Notes: generated by a model not told the origin, from the letters alone. Numbered from the whole stretch's first letter, positions 48,601-59,000 are shown. The stretch is 63,431 nt of DNA, filler included, from Folioceros fuciformis (GCA_049999805.1; 5 parts of 5 records of this genome joined end to end with filler, not necessarily neighbours in it), one strand, 5' to 3'. Numbers and translations are program-made.

Positions 48601-49478
48601 ACAAATGTGCAAGAATTGGCAGCCGCCATGCCATCTTCGTGCATGGCAGTATGGAGACGAAGTGCCGCCTCCCCCATGCCCTGCTGAGAGTACCCGGCTA
48701 TCAAAGCATTCCAAGTCACCACATCCTTCTCACTAAGTGTGTCGAAAACTCTTTGAGCTTCTTCTAAGCTGCCACATTTCGCATACATATCCACTAAGCT
48801 ATTACACACAAACAGATCAAGCTCAACCCCACTGGCCAACACATCTGCATGAACCTGCAGCCCACTTTTCAAGTCTGACCCCCTTGCGCAAGCCTGTAAG
48901 GCAGCCACAAACACATGGCCGTCTGGGGCCAGACTCGTGAATCGCATCTGATGATAAAGCTGTATCGCTTGCTTTTCTTGTCCGTGTTTAACATGAGCAG
49001 AAATTATGGAAAACCACATGTACGAATCTGGTTTCTCCACCACCATGAACACATCCATCGCGTCTTGCAGCCTGCCATAAGCAGCATACATTCGAAGAAT
49101 ATGGTTGCACAGGAACGTATCCAACTCGTACCCCCTTGTCACTGCGAAAGCATGCACACGCCGGCCCAAAGCAAGGTCCTTGTGGGCAACACAGGTCTTT
49201 AGCACAGCATAGAAGAGACATTTGGAAACACAGCGGTCTATCCGCACCAGAACGCCCAAAGCCTCCACAGCCTCCGTGCCACGGCCCTGCTCACATAGCC
49301 TGCTCACGGTCTCAGCCGTCACGCCCCTTTCCAATCCTGCAGCGCTGCTGTCATCTGGCAAGCTCCAACCTTCCCAGGCTCTAGCGACGAGAGCCCCTGG
49401 AGACGACTCTCGCTGAAAGAGCCGTGTCCAGGCAGACAGCTTCTTGGACTGGCTGGCTTTCCTGCAAACGAGCTGCAT
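45639..49478 (-). CDS. PLS-class PPR protein 3 (E1-E2 plus WW-type PG box, DYW truncated), 1279 aa
   Basis: Uninterrupted ORF ending 'KQPGQSWWTDMDGLVHSFLVGEKKLRE'. Confidence 0.95.
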   Translation of the reverse strand: MQLVCRKASQSKKLSAWTRLFQRESSPGALVARAWEGWSLPDDSSAAGLERGVTAETVSRLCEQGRGTEAVEALGVLVRIDRCVSKCLFYAVLKTCVAHKDLALGRRVHAFAVTRGYELDTFLCNHILRMYAAYGRLQDAMDVFMVVEKPDSYMWFSIISAHVKHGQEKQAIQLYHQMRFTSLAPDGHVFVAALQACARGSDLKSGLQVHADVLASGVELDLFVCNSLVDMYAKCGSLEEAQRVFDTLSEKDVVTWNALIAGYSQQGMGEAALRLHTAMHEDGMAAANSCTFVCLLQACASVGSSALKKGEQLHAEIREQGLEVDVFVANSLVNMFAKCGSLEDARKVFDRLVEKDVVTWNAMIAGYSQQGMGQEALFLYHTMQESGIDAPDSVTFVCLLQACSSVGTEALEEGKQLHAHIRAQGHQANMLVSNSLVKMYVRCGSVEDARRLFDELQQKDLVTWNAMIAAYSQQRMGQEALHLYLSMQEEGIVVPNSVTFVCLLQACATIGILALDKGKHLDAQIRERGYHADVFVANSLVNMYAKCGSLEDASRVFGELGQKDVVTWTTLIAGYIQQGMAQEALRLHGVMLEEGTVLPNSVTFVCLLQACASIGSEALEKGEQLHIRIREQGLEANLFVANSLVNMYAKCGSCEDARRVFDGLGQKDVVTWNAMIAGYSQQGMGQEALHLYTVMQEHASAQPDPVTFVSLLQACATVGAPALEMGKQLHAQIRDRRCDGDMFIASSLVNMYAKCGSLEDAEGVFENFGQNDKVTLNAMLAGYSHYGMGQEALHLFSAVQQKGTAVPDSMTFSCLLRACASVGPSALEKGKQLHAQIRACGYQADDFIASSLVNMYAKCGSLEDAHRVFDKLVEKDVVTWNAMFAGYSQQGMGQEAFHLYNAMQDDAMAVPDSVTFVCLLQACSSVGSLALEKGRQLHAQIRQQGQDGEVFIASSLVNMYAKCGSLEDAQRVFDRLGEKNVVTWNAMIAGYSQQSMGQEALRLFSTMQRESTVVPNCITFVCLLQACANVAAVHLGRQLHAQIEQQGLQADTSVSASLINMYGKSGSMVDAQRLFDALPRRDVVAWNALIAGYSCQGDCERVFHLVQKMSEDEVQPVGITLVSVLSVCSHVGLVTEGRHYFETMSTRYGISPTVEHCTCMVDLLCRAGHLDGALSFIRTMPVQPIADVWHTLLGACQKWSNVEVGLHAFNEAVKLNSEDAAAYVLMSNIYTGAQMWEQAQEVQGRRKRLRAWKQPGQSWWTDMDGLVHSFLVGEKKLRE

Positions 49479-49692
49479 CTCACGGCTTCGTTCTTTCCCC
49501 GGGGTTGGTTAGTTGATGTCACGTGACAGGATGCTCTTCCTAGAACATCCGTGCTCCTCCACACCGCCATAGGAGATACACGGGATGGCCAAGCTCGTGG
49601 TGGACACTTCGATCAGAGAAGAACGCAAGACTGTAGCCTTTCGCACGGCAACATCCACTATTATGTTGTAGAAAAATCGAATATTTCGGCTT

Positions 49693-52600
49693 CTAATCCG
49701 CAACAGAGAAACTGTGCACCAGCCCGTCCATATCTGTCCACCAGCTCTGACCCGGCTGCTTCCATGCCCTCATGTCCAGTCTCTCGGCCTGCGTATCGTG
49801 AGCCTGCTCCCACATCTGAGCACCGGTATAGATGTTCGACATCAGCACGTATGCCGAGGTATCTTGCTTGTCCAGCTTCATTGTCTCTTCAAAAGCATGC
49901 CGGCCAACCTCCAGTTTACTCCACTTTCGGCTAGCGCTCAAAAGAGAGTACCAGATGGACGCATTTGGCGGTACCGGCATTGTCTTTACCAAAGCTAGCG
50001 CCTCATCTAGTTCGCCTGCACGTCCCAGGAGATCCACCATGCATGTGTAGTGCTCAGCTGTGGGAGTGATGCCGTAAATTTTGCTCATATCCTCGAAGAC
50101 CTCCCTTCCCTTGTTCACTAACCCCGCATGGCTACATACTGCTAGGACACTGAGGAAAGTGATGCTCCGTGGCTGCTTTCCATCCCTTCTCATCCGCTCG
50201 ACCAAGTCAAAGACGGCGTCACTGTCTCCTTGACAGGAGTAGCCGGCAATGAGTGCACTCCAGGCGACGTCGTCTCTTTCAGGCAAAGCATCGAACACTT
50301 TCTGGGCGTCAAGCATGCTCCCAGACTTTCCATACATGTTTATCAGACTGCCGGCCACAATGGCATCAGCTTGAAGGCCTTGTTGCTCGATCTGTGTATG
50401 TAGCTGCCTTCCTAGATGCAAAGCTGCTACATTTGCACATGCTTGGAGGAGGCATACAAAGGTGGATGCATTTGGTACATGAATCGCGTCTTTTTGCATA
50501 TCTAAGTACACATACAGGGCTTCCTGGCCCATGCCCTGCTGGGAATATCCTGCTATCAAGGCATTCCATGTTACAATGTCTTTTTGTATAAGTCCGTCAA
50601 ACAGTCTCTGAGCACCTTCCAAACAGCCACACTTCGCATACATGTTGACCAAGCTGTTGGCTACAACCACGTCACATTGATAACCTTGCTCTCTAATGTG
50701 GACATGAAGCTGCTTCCCTGTCTCCAAGGCTGGAGCTCCCATGCTTGCGCATGCCTGCAGGAGGCACACGTAGGTCACAGAGTTGGGTAAAGCAATGCTT
50801 TCTTCTCGCATAACACTGTAGAGACGCAGGGCTTGCTGGCCCATACCCTGCTCAGCGTATCCTGTAATTAGCGCTGTCCAGGTCACTACATCTTTCTCAC
50901 CAAGTCCTTCAAAAAGTCTCTCAGCATCCTGTGTGCTCCCACACTTTGCATACATGTTTACCAAACTGTTGGCCACAGACACATCAGCTTCATACCCTTG
51001 TTCTCTGATTTGTATGTGCAGGTCCTTCCCCTTCTCCAAGGCTGCGGTGCCCACACTTGCACATGCCTGAAGAAGGCACACAAAAGTAACCGAATTGGGA
51101 GAAATGCCTTCTTCTTGCATCGCACTGTAAAGATCAAGGGACTTCTGGCCCAAGTCCTGTTGAGCATACCCTGCAATTAGGGCAGTCCACGTGACTACGC
51201 TCTTTGAACCAAGCTCATCAAACAATCTACGAGCGTTCTCCAGGCTGCCGCACTTTGCGTACATGCTCACCAAACTGGTGGCTACAAACACATCATCTTG
51301 AAGTCCTTGTTCTCTAATCTGAGCATGAAGGTGAGTCCCCTTCTCAAGGGCTGACGTGCCCACACGCGCACATGCCTGCAGGAGGCACATAAATGTTACA
51401 GAATCGGGTCCAGTCCTTCCTTCTTCTTGCATGGCACTGTAAACAGAAAGGGCTTCCTGGCACATGCCCTGCTGGGAGTACCCAGCTATCATGGCATTCC
51501 AGGTTACCACATTCTTCTCTTGACCAAGTCCGTCAAACACTATCTTGGCGTTTTCCAAGCTACCACATTTTGCGTACATGTTCACTAAACTGCTGGCTAT
51601 AAACACATCGGCTTCCTGTCCTCGATCTCTAATTTGCGCATGAAGCTGCTTCCCCTTCTCCAGAGCTGAGGTGCCCAGACTTGCACATACCTGCAAGAGG
51701 CACACAAATGTCACAGAGTCAGGTGCAGCAATGCCTTCATCTAGCACAGCACTGTAAAGACTGAGGGCTTCCTCCCCTGTGCCCTGCTCAGAAATCCCTT
51801 CAATCATGGCATTCCACATCGCCGAATCCTCTTTATGAAGTCCAGCAAAAACTCTCTGCGCATCCTCCAAGCTGCCACACTTTGCATACATGTGTACCAA
51901 ACTGTTGGCTAGAAAGATATCCGCTTGGTGTCCTCGATCTTGGATCTGCGCATGGAGCAGCTTCCCCTTTTGCAACGCTGGGGTTCCCACGATTGCGCAT
52001 GCCTGCAGGAGACATGCAAATGTCAAGGAATTGGGTGCAGCATTATCTTCTTCCTCCATAACACTGTACAAATGGAGAGCTTCAAGGCCCCTGCCTTTCT
52101 GGCAATATCCTGCAATTAAAGCAGTCCATGTAACCACGTCTTTCTGATCGAGTCCATCAAACACTTGCTGAGCGTCCTCCAGGCTGCCACACTTGGCATA
52201 CATGTTTACCAAGCTGCTGGCTACAAATACATCGCCTTGGAGTCCTCGCATTCTGATTTGCCCATGGAGCTCCTTTCCCATCTCCAAAGCTGGGGCGCCC
52301 GCACCTGCACATGCCTGTAGCAAGGATACGAAGGTCACCGAATTGGGCTCCGCAGTGCCTTCTTCTCGCATAGCGCAGTAGACCAAAAGAGCTTCCTGCG
52401 CCATGCCGTGCTGGGCATATCCTGCTATCATGGCATTCCACGTGACCGCATCCTTTTCACCAAGTCCGTCAAACACTCTGCGAGCCTCTTCCACACTGCC
52501 ACACTTTGCATACATGTTAACCAAACTGTTGGCCACAAATACATGAGCTTCACGCCCTCGTTCTCGGATTTCTTCATGAAGCTGCTTCCCCTTTTCCAAA

Positions 52601-53529
52601 GCCGAGCTACCCAAGTTTGCACATGCCTGCAAAAGGCACACAAATGTTACAGAATCGGGGGCAGCCAAGCCCTCGTTTAGCATAGCACTGTAAAGACAAA
52701 GGGCCTCCTGGCCCATTCCCTGCTGGGAATACCCTGCTATCATCGCATTCCATGTCACCACATCTTTCCCACTGGATCCGTCAAACACTCTTCGAGCATC
52801 TTGCAAGCTCCCACACTTTGCATACATGTCCACCAAGCTATTACAGACAAACACATCCATCTCAACCCCACTGGCCAACATGTCAGCATGCACCTGCTGC
52901 CCACTTTCCAAGTCTGATCCCCTCGCACAAGCCTGGAGAGCAGCCACAAACAGATGGCCATCTGGCTTCACGCCCGACCTCCGCATCCCTTGATACAGTA
53001 CTACAGCCTTCTTTGCTTGCCCATGCTTAACATGTGCGGATATTATGGAAGACCACAAGAAGGCATCTGGGTTGGCAACCTCGTTGAACACATTCATCGC
53101 GTCCTGCAACCTACCATGAGCAGCATACATCCGCAGAATATGGTTGCACAGGAAAGTATCCGATTCACACCCCATTCTCACCATCAAAGCATGAATTCGG
53201 CGACCCAATACAAGATCCTTCGTCACCACACACTTCTTCAACACAGCATAGACCAGAGATCTGACAATACAACAGTCCGTCTGCACCAACACTCCCAGTG
53301 CCTCAACAGCCTCACGGACATGGCCCTGACGGCATAGCTTGCTCACGGTTTGAGTCAACTCCCCCCTTCCATATCCTGCAGGCAAGCGGCTTGTTTTTGT
53401 TCCTAATCGTGGGTCCCTTCCCGGACCTGTTGCCGCTACCCGAACATTTTGTTCAGTCCACAAAATCTGCAACCCCCACGGGTCCTGCTGGGCTTTGAGT
53501 GACTCCATTCCACCGCTCGACACATCCAT
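49693..53529 (-). CDS. PLS-class PPR protein 4 (E1-E2 plus WW-type PG box, DYW truncated), 1278 aa
   Basis: Uninterrupted ORF ending 'KQPGQSWWTDMDGLVHSFSVAD'. Confidence 0.95.
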   Translation of the reverse strand: MDVSSGGMESLKAQQDPWGLQILWTEQNVRVAATGPGRDPRLGTKTSRLPAGYGRGELTQTVSKLCRQGHVREAVEALGVLVQTDCCIVRSLVYAVLKKCVVTKDLVLGRRIHALMVRMGCESDTFLCNHILRMYAAHGRLQDAMNVFNEVANPDAFLWSSIISAHVKHGQAKKAVVLYQGMRRSGVKPDGHLFVAALQACARGSDLESGQQVHADMLASGVEMDVFVCNSLVDMYAKCGSLQDARRVFDGSSGKDVVTWNAMIAGYSQQGMGQEALCLYSAMLNEGLAAPDSVTFVCLLQACANLGSSALEKGKQLHEEIRERGREAHVFVANSLVNMYAKCGSVEEARRVFDGLGEKDAVTWNAMIAGYAQHGMAQEALLVYCAMREEGTAEPNSVTFVSLLQACAGAGAPALEMGKELHGQIRMRGLQGDVFVASSLVNMYAKCGSLEDAQQVFDGLDQKDVVTWTALIAGYCQKGRGLEALHLYSVMEEEDNAAPNSLTFACLLQACAIVGTPALQKGKLLHAQIQDRGHQADIFLANSLVHMYAKCGSLEDAQRVFAGLHKEDSAMWNAMIEGISEQGTGEEALSLYSAVLDEGIAAPDSVTFVCLLQVCASLGTSALEKGKQLHAQIRDRGQEADVFIASSLVNMYAKCGSLENAKIVFDGLGQEKNVVTWNAMIAGYSQQGMCQEALSVYSAMQEEGRTGPDSVTFMCLLQACARVGTSALEKGTHLHAQIREQGLQDDVFVATSLVSMYAKCGSLENARRLFDELGSKSVVTWTALIAGYAQQDLGQKSLDLYSAMQEEGISPNSVTFVCLLQACASVGTAALEKGKDLHIQIREQGYEADVSVANSLVNMYAKCGSTQDAERLFEGLGEKDVVTWTALITGYAEQGMGQQALRLYSVMREESIALPNSVTYVCLLQACASMGAPALETGKQLHVHIREQGYQCDVVVANSLVNMYAKCGCLEGAQRLFDGLIQKDIVTWNALIAGYSQQGMGQEALYVYLDMQKDAIHVPNASTFVCLLQACANVAALHLGRQLHTQIEQQGLQADAIVAGSLINMYGKSGSMLDAQKVFDALPERDDVAWSALIAGYSCQGDSDAVFDLVERMRRDGKQPRSITFLSVLAVCSHAGLVNKGREVFEDMSKIYGITPTAEHYTCMVDLLGRAGELDEALALVKTMPVPPNASIWYSLLSASRKWSKLEVGRHAFEETMKLDKQDTSAYVLMSNIYTGAQMWEQAHDTQAERLDMRAWKQPGQSWWTDMDGLVHSFSVAD

Positions 53530-54173
53530 TGGCTCATACCATCCCGCGCTGACCCAACAAGGGAGAAACGTTGCAGAGGCTTCTGCCCGCTACTCCCCGC
53601 TGCCCGGACGGGGATGAGCTACATCGGACACAAACCCCTCGGGTGACCAGAGGTCCACCCATCCACAGGCCATACATGACCCATCCAGCATCCAACATCT
53701 GAACATGTGGAAATGCAGTCTAAAGACAGCTGCAATCCCACACCGTCATCCCAGTTGAAAAGTCTCCACACCACAAGTGAACGGGACATCCCAGTCGGCC
53801 TTCCAGCCAAAGCTGACATCGCAATCTCTGTCTCCCAGAGTCCCGCATGTATTATAGAGTGCATCCATGCACATGCACATAAACGAGATTTTATTAGAAG
53901 AACAGGGAAAAGAATTTATTGAAGTCCACTGAGAACGGATTTTCGTCAGGCAAGCCCTGACACACCCCGTTCGTGTTCGTGGACAGGAGACCACATTAAT
54001 TGAAACGAAGAGGCGGAAAGACGTCGTTTCTGGCGCTCCGTGGTGATCTCGTTTGCGGCCTGATGTCCTTCTTGTTGTCCTGAACTGACGTGCTTCTTGT
54101 TGCTCGATTTCTGGAAGTATCCGACCATGAGTCGAGAAACTGACGGCCTGTCCCGAGTTCTGTTCCGACAGAG

Positions 54174-54716
54174 ATGGCTGCCCGGGCCACTGCGTCTCTC
54201 GCAGAACTGGAGACTTCTATCGATCCACTGTGCGATTGGCTCGATGCGAAGCTCGAGGAGACCGCAGCTAGAAGCATCGAAGATCTGAGCTTAGAAGGCG
54301 GGACTGACTTGAAAATTCTGGTGACTCGGCTGGAGACGAGAGAGTTACCGGCTTCTGCAATCCAGAAGACGGTGGAGTTGTTGACGAAGGAGGGGATTCA
54401 GACCTCCGTCGGGTACGACAAGACGGCCAAGCTGTCCGCGCGTCTGCTGGGGTCGCCGTGTATGCTGCAGCTGCAGTCGCACAACTCGAGCCTGTGCATG
54501 TGTGACCTGGAGCTGCGAGAATTGCGTAACTATGGCAGGCTGATGGAAGTGATTTGGGATCGCAGAGCGGCGTACGGGTGGAAGGATGCTTCCCTGGATG
54601 CTGTACAGCGAAAATGTGCTGAGATAGACGTGAAGACAGAGCAGGATGCGATTGCCCTACGCAGGAATCCGGATTATAAGGCTTTGCAGTCGGGCTCCAA
54701 GCGCGACAGGTTATGA
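54174..54716 (+). other. 180-aa ORF of unknown function, possibly the N-terminal part of the adjacent decayed helicase gene
   Basis: ATG-initiated with protein-like helical composition; no motif recognised. Confidence 0.4.
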
Positions 54717-54989
54717 GCTGCCGAAATGGCCGACGGTTGTTCTCCCGTCAGAAAAATCATTCATGAAGCCATCCATCTTAGTGAGTTGCTGGCCTTGCTT
54801 ACCATGATGATATGCTTGATTAACGACCCGTCTGGACAGGACAAAGAATATTTCTTTCTGCCTATCCTGCCTTACAACCTGAGACATAGTAGTTTCTAAA
54901 GCTGCGCTTCCCATCAATCTAGTCGGCACACGGTACGCATCTCTCCACCTCTGCTTGCACACAAACTTCCAGCTTCTACGAGAGAGAGT

Positions 54990-55528
54990 ATGGTTCCCTG
55001 AGCGAGAGCCAGACAGAGGCTCTGAAGCATGGGCTCACCAAGGAGGTTGCCTCATTCAAGGAGCTCCTGGAACAGAAAAGACGGACGTGGGGCTGCTGTT
55101 GGTCAGGATTTTGCTGGCCAATCTGATACCGTGAAACAATGCCAACACCGGAGTAAAACCGAGGGAAGATTTGGCTTGTCTAGAAAATGATGTGTCTGGG
55201 GACTCTCGGGGTAATGAAAAGGACCAAAACGGTGAAAATGCCAAAGATGTGGCTTCAGGCCATCAAGGACAAAGCTAAGGAGCATATCAGAAGACTATCT
55301 AGAGAGTACGAAGAAGGCAAACGAAGCCAGATCGCACGCGAAGAGCATGATACTCTGGTCGCACTGAAGCCAGAAATTGTCGTAGTGGAAGAGGAAGGTG
55401 CAATTCTGGAAAGCTATATTCTGGCATCCTTGGGTCCGTCCACAAAGCACCTTATCCGCATCGGGGATCAACACCAGCTTCGATCTTTTGTGTCAGTTCA
55501 GAGGTTGGCACAGACAAAGAGAGGCTGA
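54990..55528 (+). pseudogene. ZNFX1/Hrr1-like (UPF1-like SF1) RNA helicase remnant
   Basis: 'LSESQTEALKHGLTKEVA', then a frameshift to 'LIQGAPGTEKTDVGLLLVRILLAN' (Walker A). Later 'LKPEIVVVEEEGAILESYILASLGPSTKHLIRIGDQHQLR' (Walker B and motif III). Large internal deletion. Confidence 0.75.
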
Positions 55529-56083
55529 TGGCACGTGGCCATCATGTTGTCGATCTGCACCTAAACGGTCGTATTCCGCCAAATCGGGCTTCGGGTCATT
55601 TTCCGCGTCATTTTTCGTCGCACATATCTAAAAATCATGCTATTTGGTGTGGATTACCCAAATCTATGGAACAACGGTCACAACAAACTTTGTATTCATC
55701 ATATTTACCTAGGCAAAATTACAAGTTACCAACAGTAAAATTTTTGATCCTATCCAGTTCCACAGTTGGTCTGACACTACCAATATTCGCTGGAAGGAGC
55801 AGACCGGCGCACTCCTTACTTAAGTGCACTGGTAGACCGGCGCACTCCTACTTGTGAAGCGATGAGTAGCTGGTGAACACCCAGATCGAGTATGGGGAAA
55901 GTGCACCAGAACTATTCAAAATGAGTTAGGGTTAGGCTGGCGCACAGATAGGCCGAGGTAGCCACTCTCTATGAGCACCCCCACAAGGGTGCTTATGAAT
56001 AGCCAACCACAGCTCTTTGCAAACAATGTTCATATATATCAAGTATGGTATACATGAAAGTACTTAACCGGTATAGTCTAAGT

Positions 56084-59000
56084 TTATGCGAGTTCGTCAT
56101 CGAGTTCATCTGCAAGATTTTCTTGATTCCACCTAAGCACATACAAGTTCTTTCTGATAAGGTTTCGAGTGCGAGCGTGCAGCTGTTTTTGACGAGTCAA
56201 CTCAAATCCATACGCTAAAATAAAAGTGTTCGCGATAGATATTGTGTCAATATGCTTCCGAAGTCTTCTGCTTGGCCGTCGCTTACGTCCTCGTCTAGAA
56301 CCCATGGCACGTTCTTCATTTGGCAATATCATCTCCTCTTGATATCGACCTTCAAATGCATCTGAACATTTCGTAACCCACCAATGGACTGTGATACTAT
56401 GAGTATCATTTTTCTCCTGCGTGTCCAGCACTTTGGCGATCGAAAAAGGCCTGTTGTCTACGTCTGTCTCGCATGGGACGGCAATCATGTGCCCTGCTTC
56501 GATCTCTGATACATCTCCACTGAAGTTGTCAACATCGTTCCGAACGTAATCGTCTCTTCTATAAGGCCCCACATACAGATCTCTTCTAGGAACTTCTCGT
56601 ATCCGTGGGTTTTCCAATACCACAACATCTAGCACGAGTAACGGGGTATTTAACAACTCTGCCTCGTCGCGATTATACCATCGCCATGGCCAGTCAAAGT
56701 CTTGCTCTACACCCGAATTTATAATTTGAACAATGGCCTCTTGCTCGGCCCAAAAATGAATCCTACTAGATGTCTTCGCCCAGACCTAAGCGCTGCCGTA
56801 ATTTGAACTCCAATCTTGATCGAATCTGCGACAGATTATATCCTGGCACATCATCCGTAATACTTTTGTTTCCTACTCCTCACCTGTAGATGCATTAGTG
56901 GAGCGGCTTTCATATTCCTCTCCGGAACTACTTTCAAGAGTTCTATGCCTTCATCAGGCGACCAGTATTGATCAGTGGAATATTGTTTTCCTCTCATAAC
57001 TGTAACAGGTCCACGATCTCCGCGGCTCTCTTTCGTGATCTTAAACTGGTCTTGAAACGATATATTATGCAGCTGATTAACCGCTGCAACACTCTAATAT
57101 CCTACTTTCCCATAGGGTGTAGGCCAAACAAACTTTCTGAAGTCCGGCACCTCCTTCACCTCATGAACGTCTGGCATGGGGGTATACGTGCTCTACATAA
57201 CTGCAATAAGCTTAGGTAAAGTCAAAGCTTCCTTCCGACCAAGTGCCATTGAAAGCCTGGAAAACATCTGATCAACTTGGTCGTGCGTGTGCCCCACTAG
57301 CAGGAAACCGACTTTTATCTTCAAGAAAACCCGCATTTCTACTGACATATTCAAATAAGAAAAAAATAACGCGTTTTTGTTCTCGCGCGCCGTGCTGTCT
57401 AGCTGCAAATATAGTACTCTGGGTAGCAAGCCTTCGTACTCATGAATCACACGCTGAATAATTGATATTATTAAGTTCACATCGTTCCAAATATTGCCGA
57501 ACTCGATGAAGAGCTTTGGTGTCAAAGTCTTGTTGTATACCATACACCCTACCACATGGACATCAATGAGGCCAACATCCGCCAAATCTTTGGGTACTCG
57601 TACGAAATGGGGCAATTGAGTCTTCTGTTGATCCATTGCATCCACTGATATTCCGATGTACTTTCCGGGGTCGCCATAACATTAGACCCGATGCTTGATA
57701 CTCTTCTCGCGCTCTGCTTTTAATCTATTTCGATGGAGCTTCAAGTCAGATTCAAAGCCCTCTACAAAAAACAGCAAAGACCTACACGTGAGAATAAGGA
57801 AAAAGTTTGTGGACTGGTGGGTGTGTGCCGGTAGACTGGCGCACACCGGCCACAGAGCAGTCAGTCCCTTCATTTCGTGAGAAGAAGCGTAAGCAGTGTG
57901 TCGGTATACCGGCGCACACCCAGCAATGCTCAGTCACAAGTAATACTGAGTGATGCTACACAGGGGGAGTGTGTCGGTCTACCGGCGCACTATCAAAATC
58001 GAATGGGAAGAAAAAGTGCGCCAGTCAACCGGCGCACTTATCAGGGAAGGATGGTGCGAAGTGCGCCGGTCGACCGGCGCACTTCAAATGCCTACATGAA
58101 ACGTACCTACAAAAACACGCTCACATACCTTGTTTCTTCTTATCAGACTCGGCTTTAATGTTCCTTTTCAGGTAATCGCAGGTTGTACAGAGCAAAAACT
58201 TGTTGGTCTTCAAAATTCGCACCTTGTAGAAATGTGAAGCCCACAATTGATAGAAATAAGAGTAAGACACACTATACTGTTCCGCTCGTTGCATTTGCTG
58301 CTTGTACTCCATAAAAATTTCCTCTTTTGTGTACGAATCGGGAAGATGGTACACTTCAATGTTTGGCATGCGTTCTACAAGGAGGCAAAATAATTGATCC
58401 ATCTAAACACATGCAGCCATAGCGTGGTCTCGGGTGCGCTTTTCTGCATGGATAGAGCCCACCCACATAATGTTATCCAAAGCTCTTTCTTTTGTTGCCT
58501 CGTACCCATTCGCACCGATACAGAAAACTCATCTAAACGCGTCCCGACAATAGCGTATCTTGGTAGATCCAATGAGAAAAGCCACCGCTGTAGAGCGTCC
58601 ATCCAAAGTACGCTTGACATTGAACAGAGTCTGCAAAAACATTTCTTGCTCTGTCCTGCACAGGTTTAGAAATCGGTATCTCAAATCCCGAAAGTCTGGT
58701 TTACCTAAGGATCTAAGACACTGTTTTGCACAACATAGTCTGCGGTAATCTGCAGAAATGCGGATCTCAGAGCACTTTTCCTCAGGTACAGTGGAGATTT
58801 TTTTCTTCCGATTGTGTCGATGATCTCTAAGAACTTCAATCAAGGATTCAGATGATGGTTTCAGATTGTATGTTTTTTGCGATGATGTGCCCGTCGTCCT
58901 GACAGCGTCTACGGCCATGACATCTGCTCCTTCGCCTTCGGGTTGGAAGTGCTCCCCACTCGATTCTCCTGGTACATGGTGTCCACTCGCAATTCCTTCC

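Noticed and set aside
38484-53500. Dozens of short antisense and alternative-frame ORFs across the PPR genes
   Set aside because: By-products of the repeated PPR codon pattern.
57823-58082. CRISPR array interpretation of the palindrome repeats
   Set aside because: Eukaryotic intron context, unequal spacers (51, 51, 25, 23), degenerate repeats and no cas genes.
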